A DNA stretch of 64,000 bases from a virus (IMGVR_UViG_3300011008_000028); one strand, 5' to 3'. Counted from the first letter of the stretch, positions 28,369 through 38,904 are shown. The notes: generated by a model from the letters alone, not told the origin. Numbers and translations: made by a program.

Positions 28369-31053
28369 TTAGTTGAATTTTCTGTGAATGGGTTCCATTA
28401 CACCGAGTTCCTCAGATTCTTCCGGTTCCTCTACAGGTTCCTCAGCAGGTTCTCCGCCGTTTTCGTCTTCATCATCTTCGATGTAACCAGCGAGAACCAT
28501 CTTCGCATACTTCTCATCTCTGAAAAGATCCTGACTGTTCAGAGCTCTGGTGTAGTAAGAAACAGGACCATTACCGATCTCGCTCTTGAAGAGGATATCC
28601 AGACGCTTCAGTGTTTCAGCATCATTGTTAACAATCGTATTGCCGTTCTCATCAACGACAAATATTCCCTTCACTGCATACATACCGACAACCGTGTGGC
28701 CGTTGTAATCAGGATCGAGAATAACGAACTTGACTGTGTCATCATACTCGTCATCGTTGTTAAGTTCCAGCCAGGAATCGGGATCATCGGTTGTGAACAT
28801 CATATCCGGGGTAGTATGGATGAGCCAATCCCAATTGCCGTTGCGAGGATCCGCCAGAGACGGAATGGTTTCTGTAGAATCAATATCAGCGAGCTTCTTG
28901 TAGAAGGGGATCTCGATGTTGCCCCAGGAATCTGACAGCTTCAGACGGATCACATCATAATTCTCATTGGGATAGATTACAACCTCGAGATCATTCAGGG
29001 CATCTACTTCGTCCTCATCATCTGTGAGATATTCCATCTCTTCAGGTACGGGAGCCGACGGGCCGTCGATCTTGCTCAGAACATCTCCGGAAAATGCAAG
29101 CATTTCATCATCAGATTCGAATGATTCCTCTGCCGGCGTCTCCGGAACAGTTAACTCTTCCTTGCCCTTGTCCGTAAGTGAAAGCATACCGTCATCATTG
29201 TTGATGAGTCCTTTGTCCTCAAGCTTCTCAACAACGTCCTCGATCTTCTTCTCGAATACCATAAGAGGTGTGCACCAGATCTGAGCAATGATGTCCTTAA
29301 CATACTCAATGCCGTCCGGGTCGATATTGAGCTTGCCGTTCTTCATATTTCTGGCAAATAAGTCAAGCCAGTCTCTCTGGAGGCCGAGGTAATCAGAGTT
29401 CTCCTCGCGGTAAAGTGCCATACCCGCAGCGGCGCCATCATTATTATCATTATACCTTTTTGCATTGAACCATCTTTCCATGAATATCATGGAAGGTTCA
29501 GCATCGCTGCCTTCGAACTTCTTGCAAACCCATTCAGTATGTTTGTCATCCGTCTTAATCGGTCTCATCCTCAGCCATTTGGTGAAAGCGTGATATACAG
29601 CGGATTGTACTTCAGTGTAGAAGAGACCGTTGATGACCTGCTTCCCCGCAGCGATATACTGCTCCTTCACCTCGGTAAAGAGATCCATATCATACAGCGA
29701 CTGCTGGATCTTGCTCGCCAGTTTCGTCAAGCAGCGATTGAAATCTGCTTTGAAACTCTCTTTCGGATGCCAACCCGATCCCTCAGTTTCTTCAACGACT
29801 TCTTCCTTCGGTGCTTCAGTCGTTATGATTTCCTCCGCCGCTTCTTCTGTGGTATCAAGTGTTCCTTCTTCTCCTACGGGTACCTCGATGCCCTCCATGG
29901 GTTCTCCAGTTCCAGCAGCTTCTTCTGTCTTGGAGAACTGAACACCCGGAACATCCGGCGTTGTCTCATCAGGTACAACATTTGCTTCGACCAGCGGAAT
30001 AGGCTGTTCATATGTTTTCTTGTTCTCAGTAATGATCGGAACTGCCACAGCTTCGATCACAGGGGTATCCCCAATATTTCCCGAGAACGCAACACCTTCG
30101 TCGGTGCCTGCAGTGTTGTTCGGATAAATATTCATTCCATCTGCCAGAATAGCAATTGCATTGATTGTCGTCATGTCGACTTCCTCCTTCTTAAATACGA
30201 AATTATCAAATGGGATTTCTTCTTCATTTGATTTTTCTTTGACCGGTTTTGATTTCATCTTGAGCCTACGGAGATAATTACTTCGGTCTGGGGTTAACTC
30301 CGTGAGAATTTTGCTTTCGGATATCTTATATGCCTCTTCGGATAGATCTCCTATCTCTCGTTCATGTACAGCATTGGACATTCTTCCTCGAATATCCTCA
30401 AAGTTGTACTTATGCCCACACGCTGGATTTGGACATACCAGCTGAGTATAATCAGCATTTGGTATTAACATCGAATTGGTGTTACACTCCCCACATATGA
30501 ACAGCTCGGACTTTGCATCATAGATATATGCAAAGTCCAAACATACGGGATCATCTTCGGCACCGATTCGTGTCCCCCAGTTGGCATAGTTCTTCGCGTC
30601 GATTCCAACATCACCGATTAGATACACTTGAGAAATCTTCCTTAGCTTCTCTTTGATACGTTCTTGATGTTTAATCATCTCTCCGAAACTCTGGAATGGC
30701 TGAATATATTCAGCAACCAACAAAGTTCCATTCTCGGAGACTTCGTATATCTTGGTGACGTCAGGATATAGTCGCTTTGCCATCTTCATCTCTTTGAGAT
30801 TATCGATCTTTCCGTCATTGTCGGTCGCGACTTTGACCACGAATCCATTCATCTTGAATGCATACCGATTCGTTCCAGAACCGAGCTGTGTGATATTCTC
30901 TATGTTGGCATTCCGCAGAAGCTTCAATAACTCTTCTTGCTTGGTCTTATTAAGTATATCACGTCGTCTGGATAATAATTCAATCTGTACACGCAAGTCA
31001 AATGGAAACTGTTCAAGTATCATTGACCGTAATACCTTTTGCATGGTTGACAT
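28369..31053 (-). CDS. Protein-kinase-like domain plus Zn ribbon fused to a long acidic region
   Basis: LGSGTNRYAF, VVKVA, helix-C Glu (NLKE), IGDV...NYANWG, CLDFA; CGEC...CPNPAC; E/D-rich C-part. Confidence 0.65.
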   Translation of the reverse strand: MSTMQKVLRSMILEQFPFDLRVQIELLSRRRDILNKTKQEELLKLLRNANIENITQLGSGTNRYAFKMNGFVVKVATDNDGKIDNLKEMKMAKRLYPDVTKIYEVSENGTLLVAEYIQPFQSFGEMIKHQERIKEKLRKISQVYLIGDVGIDAKNYANWGTRIGAEDDPVCLDFAYIYDAKSELFICGECNTNSMLIPNADYTQLVCPNPACGHKYNFEDIRGRMSNAVHEREIGDLSEEAYKISESKILTELTPDRSNYLRRLKMKSKPVKEKSNEEEIPFDNFVFKKEEVDMTTINAIAILADGMNIYPNNTAGTDEGVAFSGNIGDTPVIEAVAVPIITENKKTYEQPIPLVEANVVPDETTPDVPGVQFSKTEEAAGTGEPMEGIEVPVGEEGTLDTTEEAAEEIITTEAPKEEVVEETEGSGWHPKESFKADFNRCLTKLASKIQQSLYDMDLFTEVKEQYIAAGKQVINGLFYTEVQSAVYHAFTKWLRMRPIKTDDKHTEWVCKKFEGSDAEPSMIFMERWFNAKRYNDNNDGAAAGMALYREENSDYLGLQRDWLDLFARNMKNGKLNIDPDGIEYVKDIIAQIWCTPLMVFEKKIEDVVEKLEDKGLINNDDGMLSLTDKGKEELTVPETPAEESFESDDEMLAFSGDVLSKIDGPSAPVPEEMEYLTDDEDEVDALNDLEVVIYPNENYDVIRLKLSDSWGNIEIPFYKKLADIDSTETIPSLADPRNGNWDWLIHTTPDMMFTTDDPDSWLELNNDDEYDDTVKFVILDPDYNGHTVVGMYAVKGIFVVDENGNTIVNNDAETLKRLDILFKSEIGNGPVSYYTRALNSQDLFRDEKYAKMVLAGYIEDDEDENGGEPAEEPVEEPEESEELGVMEPIHRKFN

Positions 31054-31087
31054 CCTCCTTCCCTACTATTATAATATATCATCTGAA

Positions 31088-31621
31088 TCAGAAGTCCTCC
31101 GGTCGCAATCTGGCAAACACCACCAACTCATCAATATCAATGTCAAGCAGCCATGGACTGGTCTGCTCATACAGCGATTGTTTGATTGCGTCTTGTAAAT
31201 GCAACACAGCAAAAGCTCGTTGATATTTTTCTTTCAGGAATTCGATACTGGCAGAAAGTGCTTGATATTTGATTCTGGACCCCAACAGTTGGTGTGCCTC
31301 TGAAGTAACCAGACTGTGTTCATTCTGTGTCATGGGCACGACAATCGTTGTCGACTTATTGTGGTTATCAGGATCCCGTATTGTGAGCGGAATAGGGATT
31401 ATTTCGTCGAAATGATTCTCCTCCAGGATCTTCGTGATATTATCGAATCGATTTGTCATGGTACGAATCTTGAAATTCTTACATTTATGGAAATCCATAT
31501 ATGCTTTGACAAGATACTCATCATCACTCCATGCCTGAATGCTTGGCTCAATACCCTCTCTTTTACTCTTACGCACAACGAAATACATAGTCATTCGTTC
31601 ATCGGCGTCATATGTCTTCAT
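31088..31621 (-). CDS. Hypothetical protein, paralog of 31622-32278
   Basis: Shared (A/G)W...KA(Y/F)M and LK(E/D)KY motifs. Confidence 0.75.
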   Translation of the reverse strand: MKTYDADERMTMYFVVRKSKREGIEPSIQAWSDDEYLVKAYMDFHKCKNFKIRTMTNRFDNITKILEENHFDEIIPIPLTIRDPDNHNKSTTIVVPMTQNEHSLVTSEAHQLLGSRIKYQALSASIEFLKEKYQRAFAVLHLQDAIKQSLYEQTSPWLLDIDIDELVVFARLRPEDF

Positions 31622-32278
31622 TTATAGCTCCTCCTTTAATACAATAACGAATGACTCCAATGTCAGAATCATCTTTGAATACTCATCTCGTAAAGAATCT
31701 AATCCGGCTGGATACCGATTCTCACTACGGCCTGATTTGTATTCTTCAATCATCTTCTCCGTATAGGCGTTCTCGACGGCATCAACGATACCTTCGATGG
31801 ATGTTTCATCGGCATCTCCTACCCAGTCGTCTCGATCATACAGTGCTTCAACCTCTGGTGGACGGAACCCAAGATAATCCAATGCATATGCATACTTGTC
31901 CTTGAGGTGAATGAATAAGTTGATTACTTCAGGTCTGCCTTCAGCTCGTTCAATGAGCTTAGGCAGTTCTCTGAAGTATCGTTGGATATTCACTTCTGTT
32001 TCTTTCATTTCATCTGCAGTGCTGAAGAATGCAATTGGTTCAGAAGAATGGACAGAGTCAATCATATATCGATCAATCTGGTTACTGATATCCATTCCTG
32101 AATCACTGAAATATCTTGCCAAATCTTCAGATGTCATCTTGACCATCCTGTATTTTCCTCGGGTTCGTTGTTTCATGAATGCTTTTCCAATTTCCTTTAT
32201 TTCACACCAGCCGTACACATGATTCCGTTTGGGTTCATCTTTGTATACACGAAATATTACGTAGATTCGTTCATCCAC
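31622..32278 (-). CDS. Hypothetical protein
   Basis: ORF track, overlapping operon. Confidence 0.75.
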   Translation of the reverse strand: MDERIYVIFRVYKDEPKRNHVYGWCEIKEIGKAFMKQRTRGKYRMVKMTSEDLARYFSDSGMDISNQIDRYMIDSVHSSEPIAFFSTADEMKETEVNIQRYFRELPKLIERAEGRPEVINLFIHLKDKYAYALDYLGFRPPEVEALYDRDDWVGDADETSIEGIVDAVENAYTEKMIEEYKSGRSENRYPAGLDSLRDEYSKMILTLESFVIVLKEEL

Positions 32279-32997
32279 AGATTACTCATCTCCCTTTGGA
32301 CGATTTGCACAAACGGTATTAGAATATTCCTGTAATTGTATTCCGGATTAATTACAGCCGACATGTTGTTGAATTCCAGATAGTATTCTTCATCAAGATC
32401 ATTTCCCTTGTATTTCATAATGAAGTTAATCAAATACCTTCTTACCGTAACATCTCGACTTTCAATTCGAGATATCATCGTTGATAAGAATTCCAACATT
32501 GTCAATCTATGTCTGTTGAGACCGATATCTCCTATACCCTTCACGTCCAATTTATCTTTTGAATAATATATCTCCACATTGTGAATGTTAGGGAAGTGAA
32601 TATATGAGCTATACCTATTCTTCTCGACGAATACTACCTGACCAAACTTGAGCCGTTTACATGGGGCGAATGTAAATATCGCATCCTTCTTTACGGAGAT
32701 CATCTTTTCCGATGTCAACCCATTTGCCTGTATGAAAACATCTCTCACTTCGGCAAACTTGTCAAGAAACTTTTCCGCAAACACCTTATCATCTCGCTGT
32801 AAGATTCCTATTGCTTTATGGCGTTCAAATCCCTTCTCGAGGAGTTCAAGCTCTTTAATCTTCTGCAAAGGTAGTAATCGGAATTCTTTGATTATACTGA
32901 AACCAGCATCTCGGATATCATACTCAATGATCTCTTCATTGAATAGGTAATCGATTTCTGGGTTGGTCCAGGTTGTCATTTGTGGTCTGTAATCCAT
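32257..32997 (-). CDS. Divergent family-B DNA polymerase palm-like protein
   Basis: IIEYDIRDAGFSII (motif A-like) and ISVKKDAIF (motif C-like); only 246 aa. Confidence 0.5.
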   Translation of the reverse strand: MDYRPQMTTWTNPEIDYLFNEEIIEYDIRDAGFSIIKEFRLLPLQKIKELELLEKGFERHKAIGILQRDDKVFAEKFLDKFAEVRDVFIQANGLTSEKMISVKKDAIFTFAPCKRLKFGQVVFVEKNRYSSYIHFPNIHNVEIYYSKDKLDVKGIGDIGLNRHRLTMLEFLSTMISRIESRDVTVRRYLINFIMKYKGNDLDEEYYLEFNNMSAVINPEYNYRNILIPFVQIVQREMSNLWMNEST

Positions 32998-34348
32998 CTT
33001 TAACCTCCTTTACATATTTACCGTATATATTCATAACATATCCCTTCTGGGACGTAATATACCGGTTAAGATATTTTGCAACTTTAATAAGAATCTGAGG
33101 ATCCCGAACCTTTACCAATGTCTCAATCCTTTTATCAATCTTATGAGTTACAAGATCCAACGAGCCAATGTAAATATCCGGGTTCTTCTTCCCAAAGCAG
33201 TATACCCTGGAGTGTTCCAGTTTGTCCCACACAATGGACTTTATATGGACATTCATAAACATATTCCAGTCTGGGAGCCACGTGCATACCCCACGAATGA
33301 TAAGATCCATAGTGCATCCTTTTGATGCGGCCTTATACAGAGCTTCAATGATTTCATTATCATCAAGAGCATTGCATTTGAAACAGATATAGCCATCGGC
33401 ATGAGACTGACTTTTTATCAGCTTCAGCAATGCCTTTCGAGCATTGTATCTGGTAACAAGGAAGTTTGAATTGAACACCGTATCTTTTATCCGTTTTCCT
33501 TTTAAGATCGAGAATACTTTGTCGACCTGATGACATATAGAATCATCTGCAGTAACTAAAGAAAGATCAGTGTATTGGGTCGTGGTCTTGGTGTGGTAAT
33601 TTCCAGTACCAATCTGAGCAACAGATTTCCCATTGATGAATTTCACCAATGTAAGTTTGCAATGGACTTTCAGTCGCTCATATCCGTATGCTGTAACACT
33701 GCATCCGATGCTCTCAAACTTCTGCATCCACTCGTAGTTGATATCTTCACCGGATGCACACAGCTCGATGTTAACATGAACTTTGACACCGCGTTCTACA
33801 GCGTTATTTATGATATCGAATATTGCTGGGTCCTTGCCTATCCGATACAGACATAGTTTGATCTCTGTAACGTCCTTGTTATTGGCTGCTTCTTCCAGGA
33901 ATGACAAATAATCTCTGAAAGAATCCAGTGGATATTCGATTAGTTGATCTCTCATAAAGATATCGAAATAGCGGCTAGGACGGAACCACTGTTGTTCTTC
34001 CTTCTTCACAGGTAAGTACTTCTCTACTATAGAAATCATAGAGGAAATATCCGAACATCCGGAAATATCTATGTTATAGAACTTATTCAGATCTTCTGTT
34101 ATGAATTTCAAATTTTCCATGACTTGATCACAATCATTAGAGTAATCATCAATCACCATGCTAACATCGTACTTTGAGATCATCTCTTCAGTATTTGATA
34201 TGAAGACCATATTGAAGAATAACGCTTCTTTGATTTTCTCCAGGGACAGCATATCCGGTGAGGCTATATAATGACCTTGTGCCAGCACACGTTCATTGAA
34301 CATCATCAATGATTGTATCATTGGGATTTGTTTAATTAATTTTTGCAT
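32936..34348 (-). CDS. ppk1: Polyphosphate kinase 1, shortened
   Basis: FNERVLAQ, IKLCLYR, KVHCKL, IGTGNY, YTDLSL, KCNALDD, LIIRGVC, LEHSRVY, YIGSLDL. Confidence 0.85.
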   Translation of the reverse strand: MQKLIKQIPMIQSLMMFNERVLAQGHYIASPDMLSLEKIKEALFFNMVFISNTEEMISKYDVSMVIDDYSNDCDQVMENLKFITEDLNKFYNIDISGCSDISSMISIVEKYLPVKKEEQQWFRPSRYFDIFMRDQLIEYPLDSFRDYLSFLEEAANNKDVTEIKLCLYRIGKDPAIFDIINNAVERGVKVHVNIELCASGEDINYEWMQKFESIGCSVTAYGYERLKVHCKLTLVKFINGKSVAQIGTGNYHTKTTTQYTDLSLVTADDSICHQVDKVFSILKGKRIKDTVFNSNFLVTRYNARKALLKLIKSQSHADGYICFKCNALDDNEIIEALYKAASKGCTMDLIIRGVCTWLPDWNMFMNVHIKSIVWDKLEHSRVYCFGKKNPDIYIGSLDLVTHKIDKRIETLVKVRDPQILIKVAKYLNRYITSQKGYVMNIYGKYVKEVKDGLQTTNDNLDQPRNRLPIQ

Positions 34349-34437
34349 CTTTAATACCTCCTTCTATATATTGATAATATATATTCAAAAAGAAAGGGAC
34401 AGTGGTACCCTGGGATATCCCAGGGTACCACATACAT

Positions 34438-34905
34438 TTACTTTCGGTCTTTGAGATCTTCGATCTCCATATTCAAGTCGCCGATCTGCTTCCGGAAAAC
34501 CTCAATTGCACCTTTCTGTGCATTGACAGTCGCAATGCAGTTATTCAAGGCATTCCCGTAATTATTGAACTGAGCTGTGAGCTCCTGCTTAAGCATTCCA
34601 TCATACAACATGATTGCATGATGTGCAGAATTACTCATACATGTTGCAAGAAGTTCAACCAGGGTTTTCGTGGTATCTTCCGGAAGAGATTCCGCAATCT
34701 TGGCGAAGGACTTGGTAACGATATCTGAACTCAGAATGTTCACAACCGTCTCGACTATTGCATCATATATAATGTAACCGGGTTCTTTCAGTTCCTCTTC
34801 TGGAGTAGAAACACCCTCTTTGACATCATCTGAGTTCATCGCTGCATGTTTGAGTTCTTCACGAAGATGATTCAGTTCCTTCACGCTGTCGTTTAAGTTG
34901 CTCAT
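34438..34905 (-). CDS. Hypothetical coiled-coil protein
   Basis: ORF track; start MSNLN after AAAGGAG. Confidence 0.7.
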   Translation of the reverse strand: MSNLNDSVKELNHLREELKHAAMNSDDVKEGVSTPEEELKEPGYIIYDAIVETVVNILSSDIVTKSFAKIAESLPEDTTKTLVELLATCMSNSAHHAIMLYDGMLKQELTAQFNNYGNALNNCIATVNAQKGAIEVFRKQIGDLNMEIEDLKDRK

Positions 34906-37039
34906 CTTTACGTTGTCTCCTTTCACGTACCAACTTTGCATATTTCTTGAAGTTCTCCGTACTTACCTTATCTGAGTACAATGGGTCAAGATATGAAGAT
35001 CCCTTCTTCTCCTCATACAGAGCATCAGAAAGAATCTGTCTCTTAAGCTCCTGATATGAGAAGGGAACGGTAGGAGCTTCGCTATTCATCAAGGCCTGAT
35101 TAAGAGTAAGAATCTTATATTCCGGCATCTTGAACTGTGTAAAGTCAGGACGCTTGTATAAATTATTTGCATCACGGATAAGACGGTTCAGAATGATTTC
35201 TGCCTGGACATGTCTACATCTAATTCCTGCAGCAATTAACTTCTCGAAAAACTCCTGAGCAAATTGATTCAGATCATCATACTTTGCGGCATTCTTATTC
35301 ATCATATCCATGATCATATACAGATTATCTGTTAGGCCGTTATTCTTGATTCCGACAGACATAAGCCTACCTTCAAGATCCGTGCTTAGTACATCAAACG
35401 GGATTTCATAGTACCGTTTGCCGCCTTCAGACTTCTTGTCTGCTACCGTCTTGAAGAACTTCATGGAATTCGAGTCGATGAACATTGATTCATAGTTAAT
35501 GATTTCGATCGCTGTGTATTCTTTGGTCCTGCTGTTATATACATAGATCGGGCTCTCAATGTTGTTGCCGAAGGTATTGAACTCGGCCATGTCCTGCTGG
35601 TTTACGGGAACGACGTTAGACTCCTCGATCCTTACAGACAGATGACCTGTATCGATTGATTCATCCCATTCATCTTTGTCCTTCAGATATATATCGGCGG
35701 AATCGAATCTGAAGTACTGATCAAATGTCTGGGAGAAAGATACACGCTCTGCAGATGTGAAGAGCAGATGCTTTGTGGACAGGATGTTCTGAGACACTGG
35801 TTCGGAGTATACTTCAGTATTGAATATGGCCATACCTGGCATATTCTCAACGAGGTGAGCATCCCTACCATAGCACATGTAGCATACTTCATTATTTTTG
35901 CAGGCACATGTAAGGAGGCTTCTGTACCAGATTGTCTTTCCAATCAGGTGTTTGCAATCATCATAATGTAGCAGTTTAAGCTCACCAAACTCGCTCTCGG
36001 CATACCAACGATTCTCCAATCGACGGAGAAAATCATTGTCTGTCACGAATACCTTCGTGAGATGTTTTGTTCCACAGTCAAACACCGTTCTGGACAGTGT
36101 TAGTGTTCTGGCTTCAAGTATCAGGTTACGAGAGAGGTATCCTGCTTCGCCCATGTGGGCAGTATTCATGATCGCACTCATGCGGGCGCCTGTAGCTCCA
36201 ATGTAATATCCTGCAGGTTCGGAGTAACCAGTGGAAAATCCGTTTCCTTGCATTGTATATGGTATTACGTTGCCAGATACATCCGGAATCTGCCCATATG
36301 ATATGAACAGCTCCTGAACCTGTTTCATCTTTATATATGAACCTGCTTTGGATACATACCATATCGGGTTCTTAGTGCGGCCGAGTTCGGCAATCAGTTC
36401 CTTGGTCTTTTCACTCAGAAGCTTTTCGACGTCCGCTGTTTGTAGCGTCTGCGGTACAACTAAGTTATTCAGTTCCCTGATCTTTTCCGATGTACGGTAA
36501 TCATTCAGAAATATAGATTCCAGTGTCATGATACATGACTTGTTGATCATCGAGAATTCAATCGATGCTTCCTGGTATCTTTCAATTACTGTCTTAAGGA
36601 GTTCCGAAATCCTCTCGAATGAAATACCATAGTCCTGAAGAACCTTCAACACCTTGGATTCCAAACCCATACGCAGACTATCTGATATCATAATACCAAT
36701 GATGAATGATTCATCCAGAACCTTAATCTTGTTACGATAGTACTTCTGAAGCTTATTGATCTCGATGAGAGGTCTCCATGCATTTAGATTCATCAAGAAC
36801 TTTGGCATTGATAGAGCAAACACCTGTTCATCATCAACATAGAACTTGAATCGAATCTTAAATGACATACACGCCGGTATCTCTGCACAGGCACAAATTG
36901 CATAGTATACCTTGTAGTATAGCTCATCAAATGATTCATAATCATTGCATGTTGATAATACTATGACATCTGGGAATTCCCTTTCGCAGTCTTTCACAGT
37001 TCTGATGGTGGGCAAAACATAAACATCAGACATGGTCAT
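34859..37039 (-). CDS. Phage multisubunit RNA polymerase beta'-like subunit, C-terminal part
   Basis: Bridge helix ARMSAIMNTAHMGEAGYLSRNL, DCGT, RSLLTC..VCYMCYG Zn site, trigger loop SEPVSQNILSTKH, HVQAEIIL. Confidence 0.88.
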   Translation of the reverse strand: MTMSDVYVLPTIRTVKDCEREFPDVIVLSTCNDYESFDELYYKVYYAICACAEIPACMSFKIRFKFYVDDEQVFALSMPKFLMNLNAWRPLIEINKLQKYYRNKIKVLDESFIIGIMISDSLRMGLESKVLKVLQDYGISFERISELLKTVIERYQEASIEFSMINKSCIMTLESIFLNDYRTSEKIRELNNLVVPQTLQTADVEKLLSEKTKELIAELGRTKNPIWYVSKAGSYIKMKQVQELFISYGQIPDVSGNVIPYTMQGNGFSTGYSEPAGYYIGATGARMSAIMNTAHMGEAGYLSRNLILEARTLTLSRTVFDCGTKHLTKVFVTDNDFLRRLENRWYAESEFGELKLLHYDDCKHLIGKTIWYRSLLTCACKNNEVCYMCYGRDAHLVENMPGMAIFNTEVYSEPVSQNILSTKHLLFTSAERVSFSQTFDQYFRFDSADIYLKDKDEWDESIDTGHLSVRIEESNVVPVNQQDMAEFNTFGNNIESPIYVYNSRTKEYTAIEIINYESMFIDSNSMKFFKTVADKKSEGGKRYYEIPFDVLSTDLEGRLMSVGIKNNGLTDNLYMIMDMMNKNAAKYDDLNQFAQEFFEKLIAAGIRCRHVQAEIILNRLIRDANNLYKRPDFTQFKMPEYKILTLNQALMNSEAPTVPFSYQELKRQILSDALYEEKKGSSYLDPLYSDKVSTENFKKYAKLVRERRQRKDEQLKRQREGTESSS

Positions 37040-37157
37040 CTTCCTCCTTAATCGTGTAATAATTCTTCCTCATATATACATTCCTCCTTCAATATCTCCG
37101 ATACTGAATGTAAAATCATGTTGTATCCATTTCTAAAATATATCTATGAAGAATGGA

Positions 37158-37193
37158 CATATTGGTCCCGGGGAATTCCCCGGGACCAATATG
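37158..37193. terminator. Perfect 36-bp palindrome
   Basis: catattggtcccggggaattccccgggaccaatatg. Confidence 0.75.
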
Positions 37194-37225
37194 CTACGAA
37201 AAGGTTCAAGATGAGCCGAATGGTG

Positions 37226-37669
37226 TCACTTCTTATCAGTCGAGGTTGTAACGGATATTGTTTCATCCGTCTTCTTTTCCTCTTCCTTCTTTTCTTCCTT
37301 TTTCTCCTCTACCTTAGGAGTCTCCATCTTGGGAGGTTCCCAGGTCTTTGCCTTCGAGGGCTGAGGCTGAGGATTTGCTTTAACGGGCTGAGATGCCTGT
37401 TTGTCAACAGGAGCATCCTTCTTGGCTTCTACCTTCGGAACAGGAGCAGCTGCCTTCTCTGTGCCGAATGTTTCCCAGAGCTTATTAAGATTCTTGCTTG
37501 TAATTGTTATAAACGAACCCGTCTTCTGGTTGAACATTCTCGGAATAAGTGTTCCGTGCTCAAGAATAAGTTCGATCGTCTTCTTATCTGCCGGGAAAGG
37601 TTCCTTTTTCGGTGCTATTCCTTTTCCTCTAGGGATAAGTCCTACACCGAGTACCTGAATCATTAACAT
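37226..37669 (-). CDS. Hypothetical protein with P/K/E-rich tail
   Basis: ORF track, AAAGGAG SD. Confidence 0.7.
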   Translation of the reverse strand: MLMIQVLGVGLIPRGKGIAPKKEPFPADKKTIELILEHGTLIPRMFNQKTGSFITITSKNLNKLWETFGTEKAAAPVPKVEAKKDAPVDKQASQPVKANPQPQPSKAKTWEPPKMETPKVEEKKEEKKEEEKKTDETISVTTSTDKK

Positions 37670-37712
37670 CGTGATTCATCTCCTTTGTTTTAATGTTACA
37701 TATATCGTTTAT

Positions 37713-38447
37713 TTATTCATCCCCAAATAAATCTTCGGAGAGCTTAGGCAAAATGTAGCTTGGGGTTACAAGATCCGAAATCAGCTGCATACCGATTATG
37801 TATGTATTAACAGTGTTGAGGGTGACCTTGTTTGTTGAAAGGTTTGTGAGTTCATCGAGTACAACATATCCTTTGTTTGCAATGGATTGTTGCATCTCCC
37901 TTTTCATCACAGGATCATCTGCTCTTGGGCCATGTAATTCCTGAAGAATTGCATCCGCATGCAGAGATACCAACAATGTAGCCTCAATATCCGAGTCTCT
38001 GGAGTTTTTGTCTTTGTTGGTAACCTGGCCTGTTAACGCAGACACCTTCTCATTCGATACGGAGATTCCATTCTTCTTATGGAGCAACTGCTGTGTACGT
38101 TTTACATTTATATATCCTACAAGACATTTCTCCTTGGAAACGATGATATGGGATTTATCCATAGACAGATGAGGCATGTATACGTATTCATACAGCGGGA
38201 TTCCAAGGACCTTTGCCGCCTTTTCCATATTCTCCATTTTAAGATCATTTTCGAATTCGGCAATCTCCAGTACGAAATTCTCATCGGGGTTCTTCAGGAA
38301 GTCCTTCATGAATTTCTCAAACTGTTTATCGTCCATGGAACTGAATTCATTTCTGTACCGTTCCGTATTCATACCTGTTGGATCCATTGCATCAAATGTA
38401 TCGTAAATCATTTGCTCTATTTCAGCTCTATTAGCAACCATATGCAT
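37713..38447 (-). CDS. Phage multisubunit RNA polymerase beta-like subunit, C-terminal fragment (probably virion RNAP)
   Basis: VGYINVKRTQQLLHKK...SALTGQVT...RDSDIE...LQELHGPRADD aligns by eye with RpoB VGYMYMLKLNHLVDDK...SLVTQQP...RFGEME...LQEMLTVKSDD; lies in a late-type operon. Confidence 0.78.
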   Translation of the reverse strand: MHMVANRAEIEQMIYDTFDAMDPTGMNTERYRNEFSSMDDKQFEKFMKDFLKNPDENFVLEIAEFENDLKMENMEKAAKVLGIPLYEYVYMPHLSMDKSHIIVSKEKCLVGYINVKRTQQLLHKKNGISVSNEKVSALTGQVTNKDKNSRDSDIEATLLVSLHADAILQELHGPRADDPVMKREMQQSIANKGYVVLDELTNLSTNKVTLNTVNTYIIGMQLISDLVTPSYILPKLSEDLFGDE

Positions 38448-38454
38448 TCCCTCC

Positions 38455-38904
38455 TTACATCATAGAATTTATATATGATTGAAGCTCTTTGTTTTCATCG
38501 ATTGTAATTCCGATCTGGAACCCAGGACTTGCTTCATTCCTATTCCACTTATATCCATCGGGATATGAAGCAGTCCCATTGACATTGATGAATAGAGATG
38601 GCTGGCCATAGTATTTATCCTTCTTGATTGCGATAGTGTTGTTGGAAATATATTTCCCCAATGAAGCGCACTGGGCAATGATCTGCTGTTTCAGATCCTC
38701 AACATCCAATTCATCATAGAATGAATATAAGTAACTTTCTATATCAATCCCGATATCTGGGAGGGAAGGATACTGGCCTGGTTTGGCAAACAATATGAAC
38801 ATCAAAACATTCCGCACCGTTTCAACTTCGGAACTCAGCTTTGGTTCATTGAAATCATTTGCTCCAAATGTTAGGTCATACCCCATACGATTCTTCGCAT
38901 ACAT
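38455..38904 (-). CDS. Baseplate wedge protein, gp25-like
   Basis: ILFAKPGQYPSLPDIGIDIESYLY pattern of the gp25/GPW family. Confidence 0.65.
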   Translation of the reverse strand: MYAKNRMGYDLTFGANDFNEPKLSSEVETVRNVLMFILFAKPGQYPSLPDIGIDIESYLYSFYDELDVEDLKQQIIAQCASLGKYISNNTIAIKKDKYYGQPSLFINVNGTASYPDGYKWNRNEASPGFQIGITIDENKELQSYINSMM

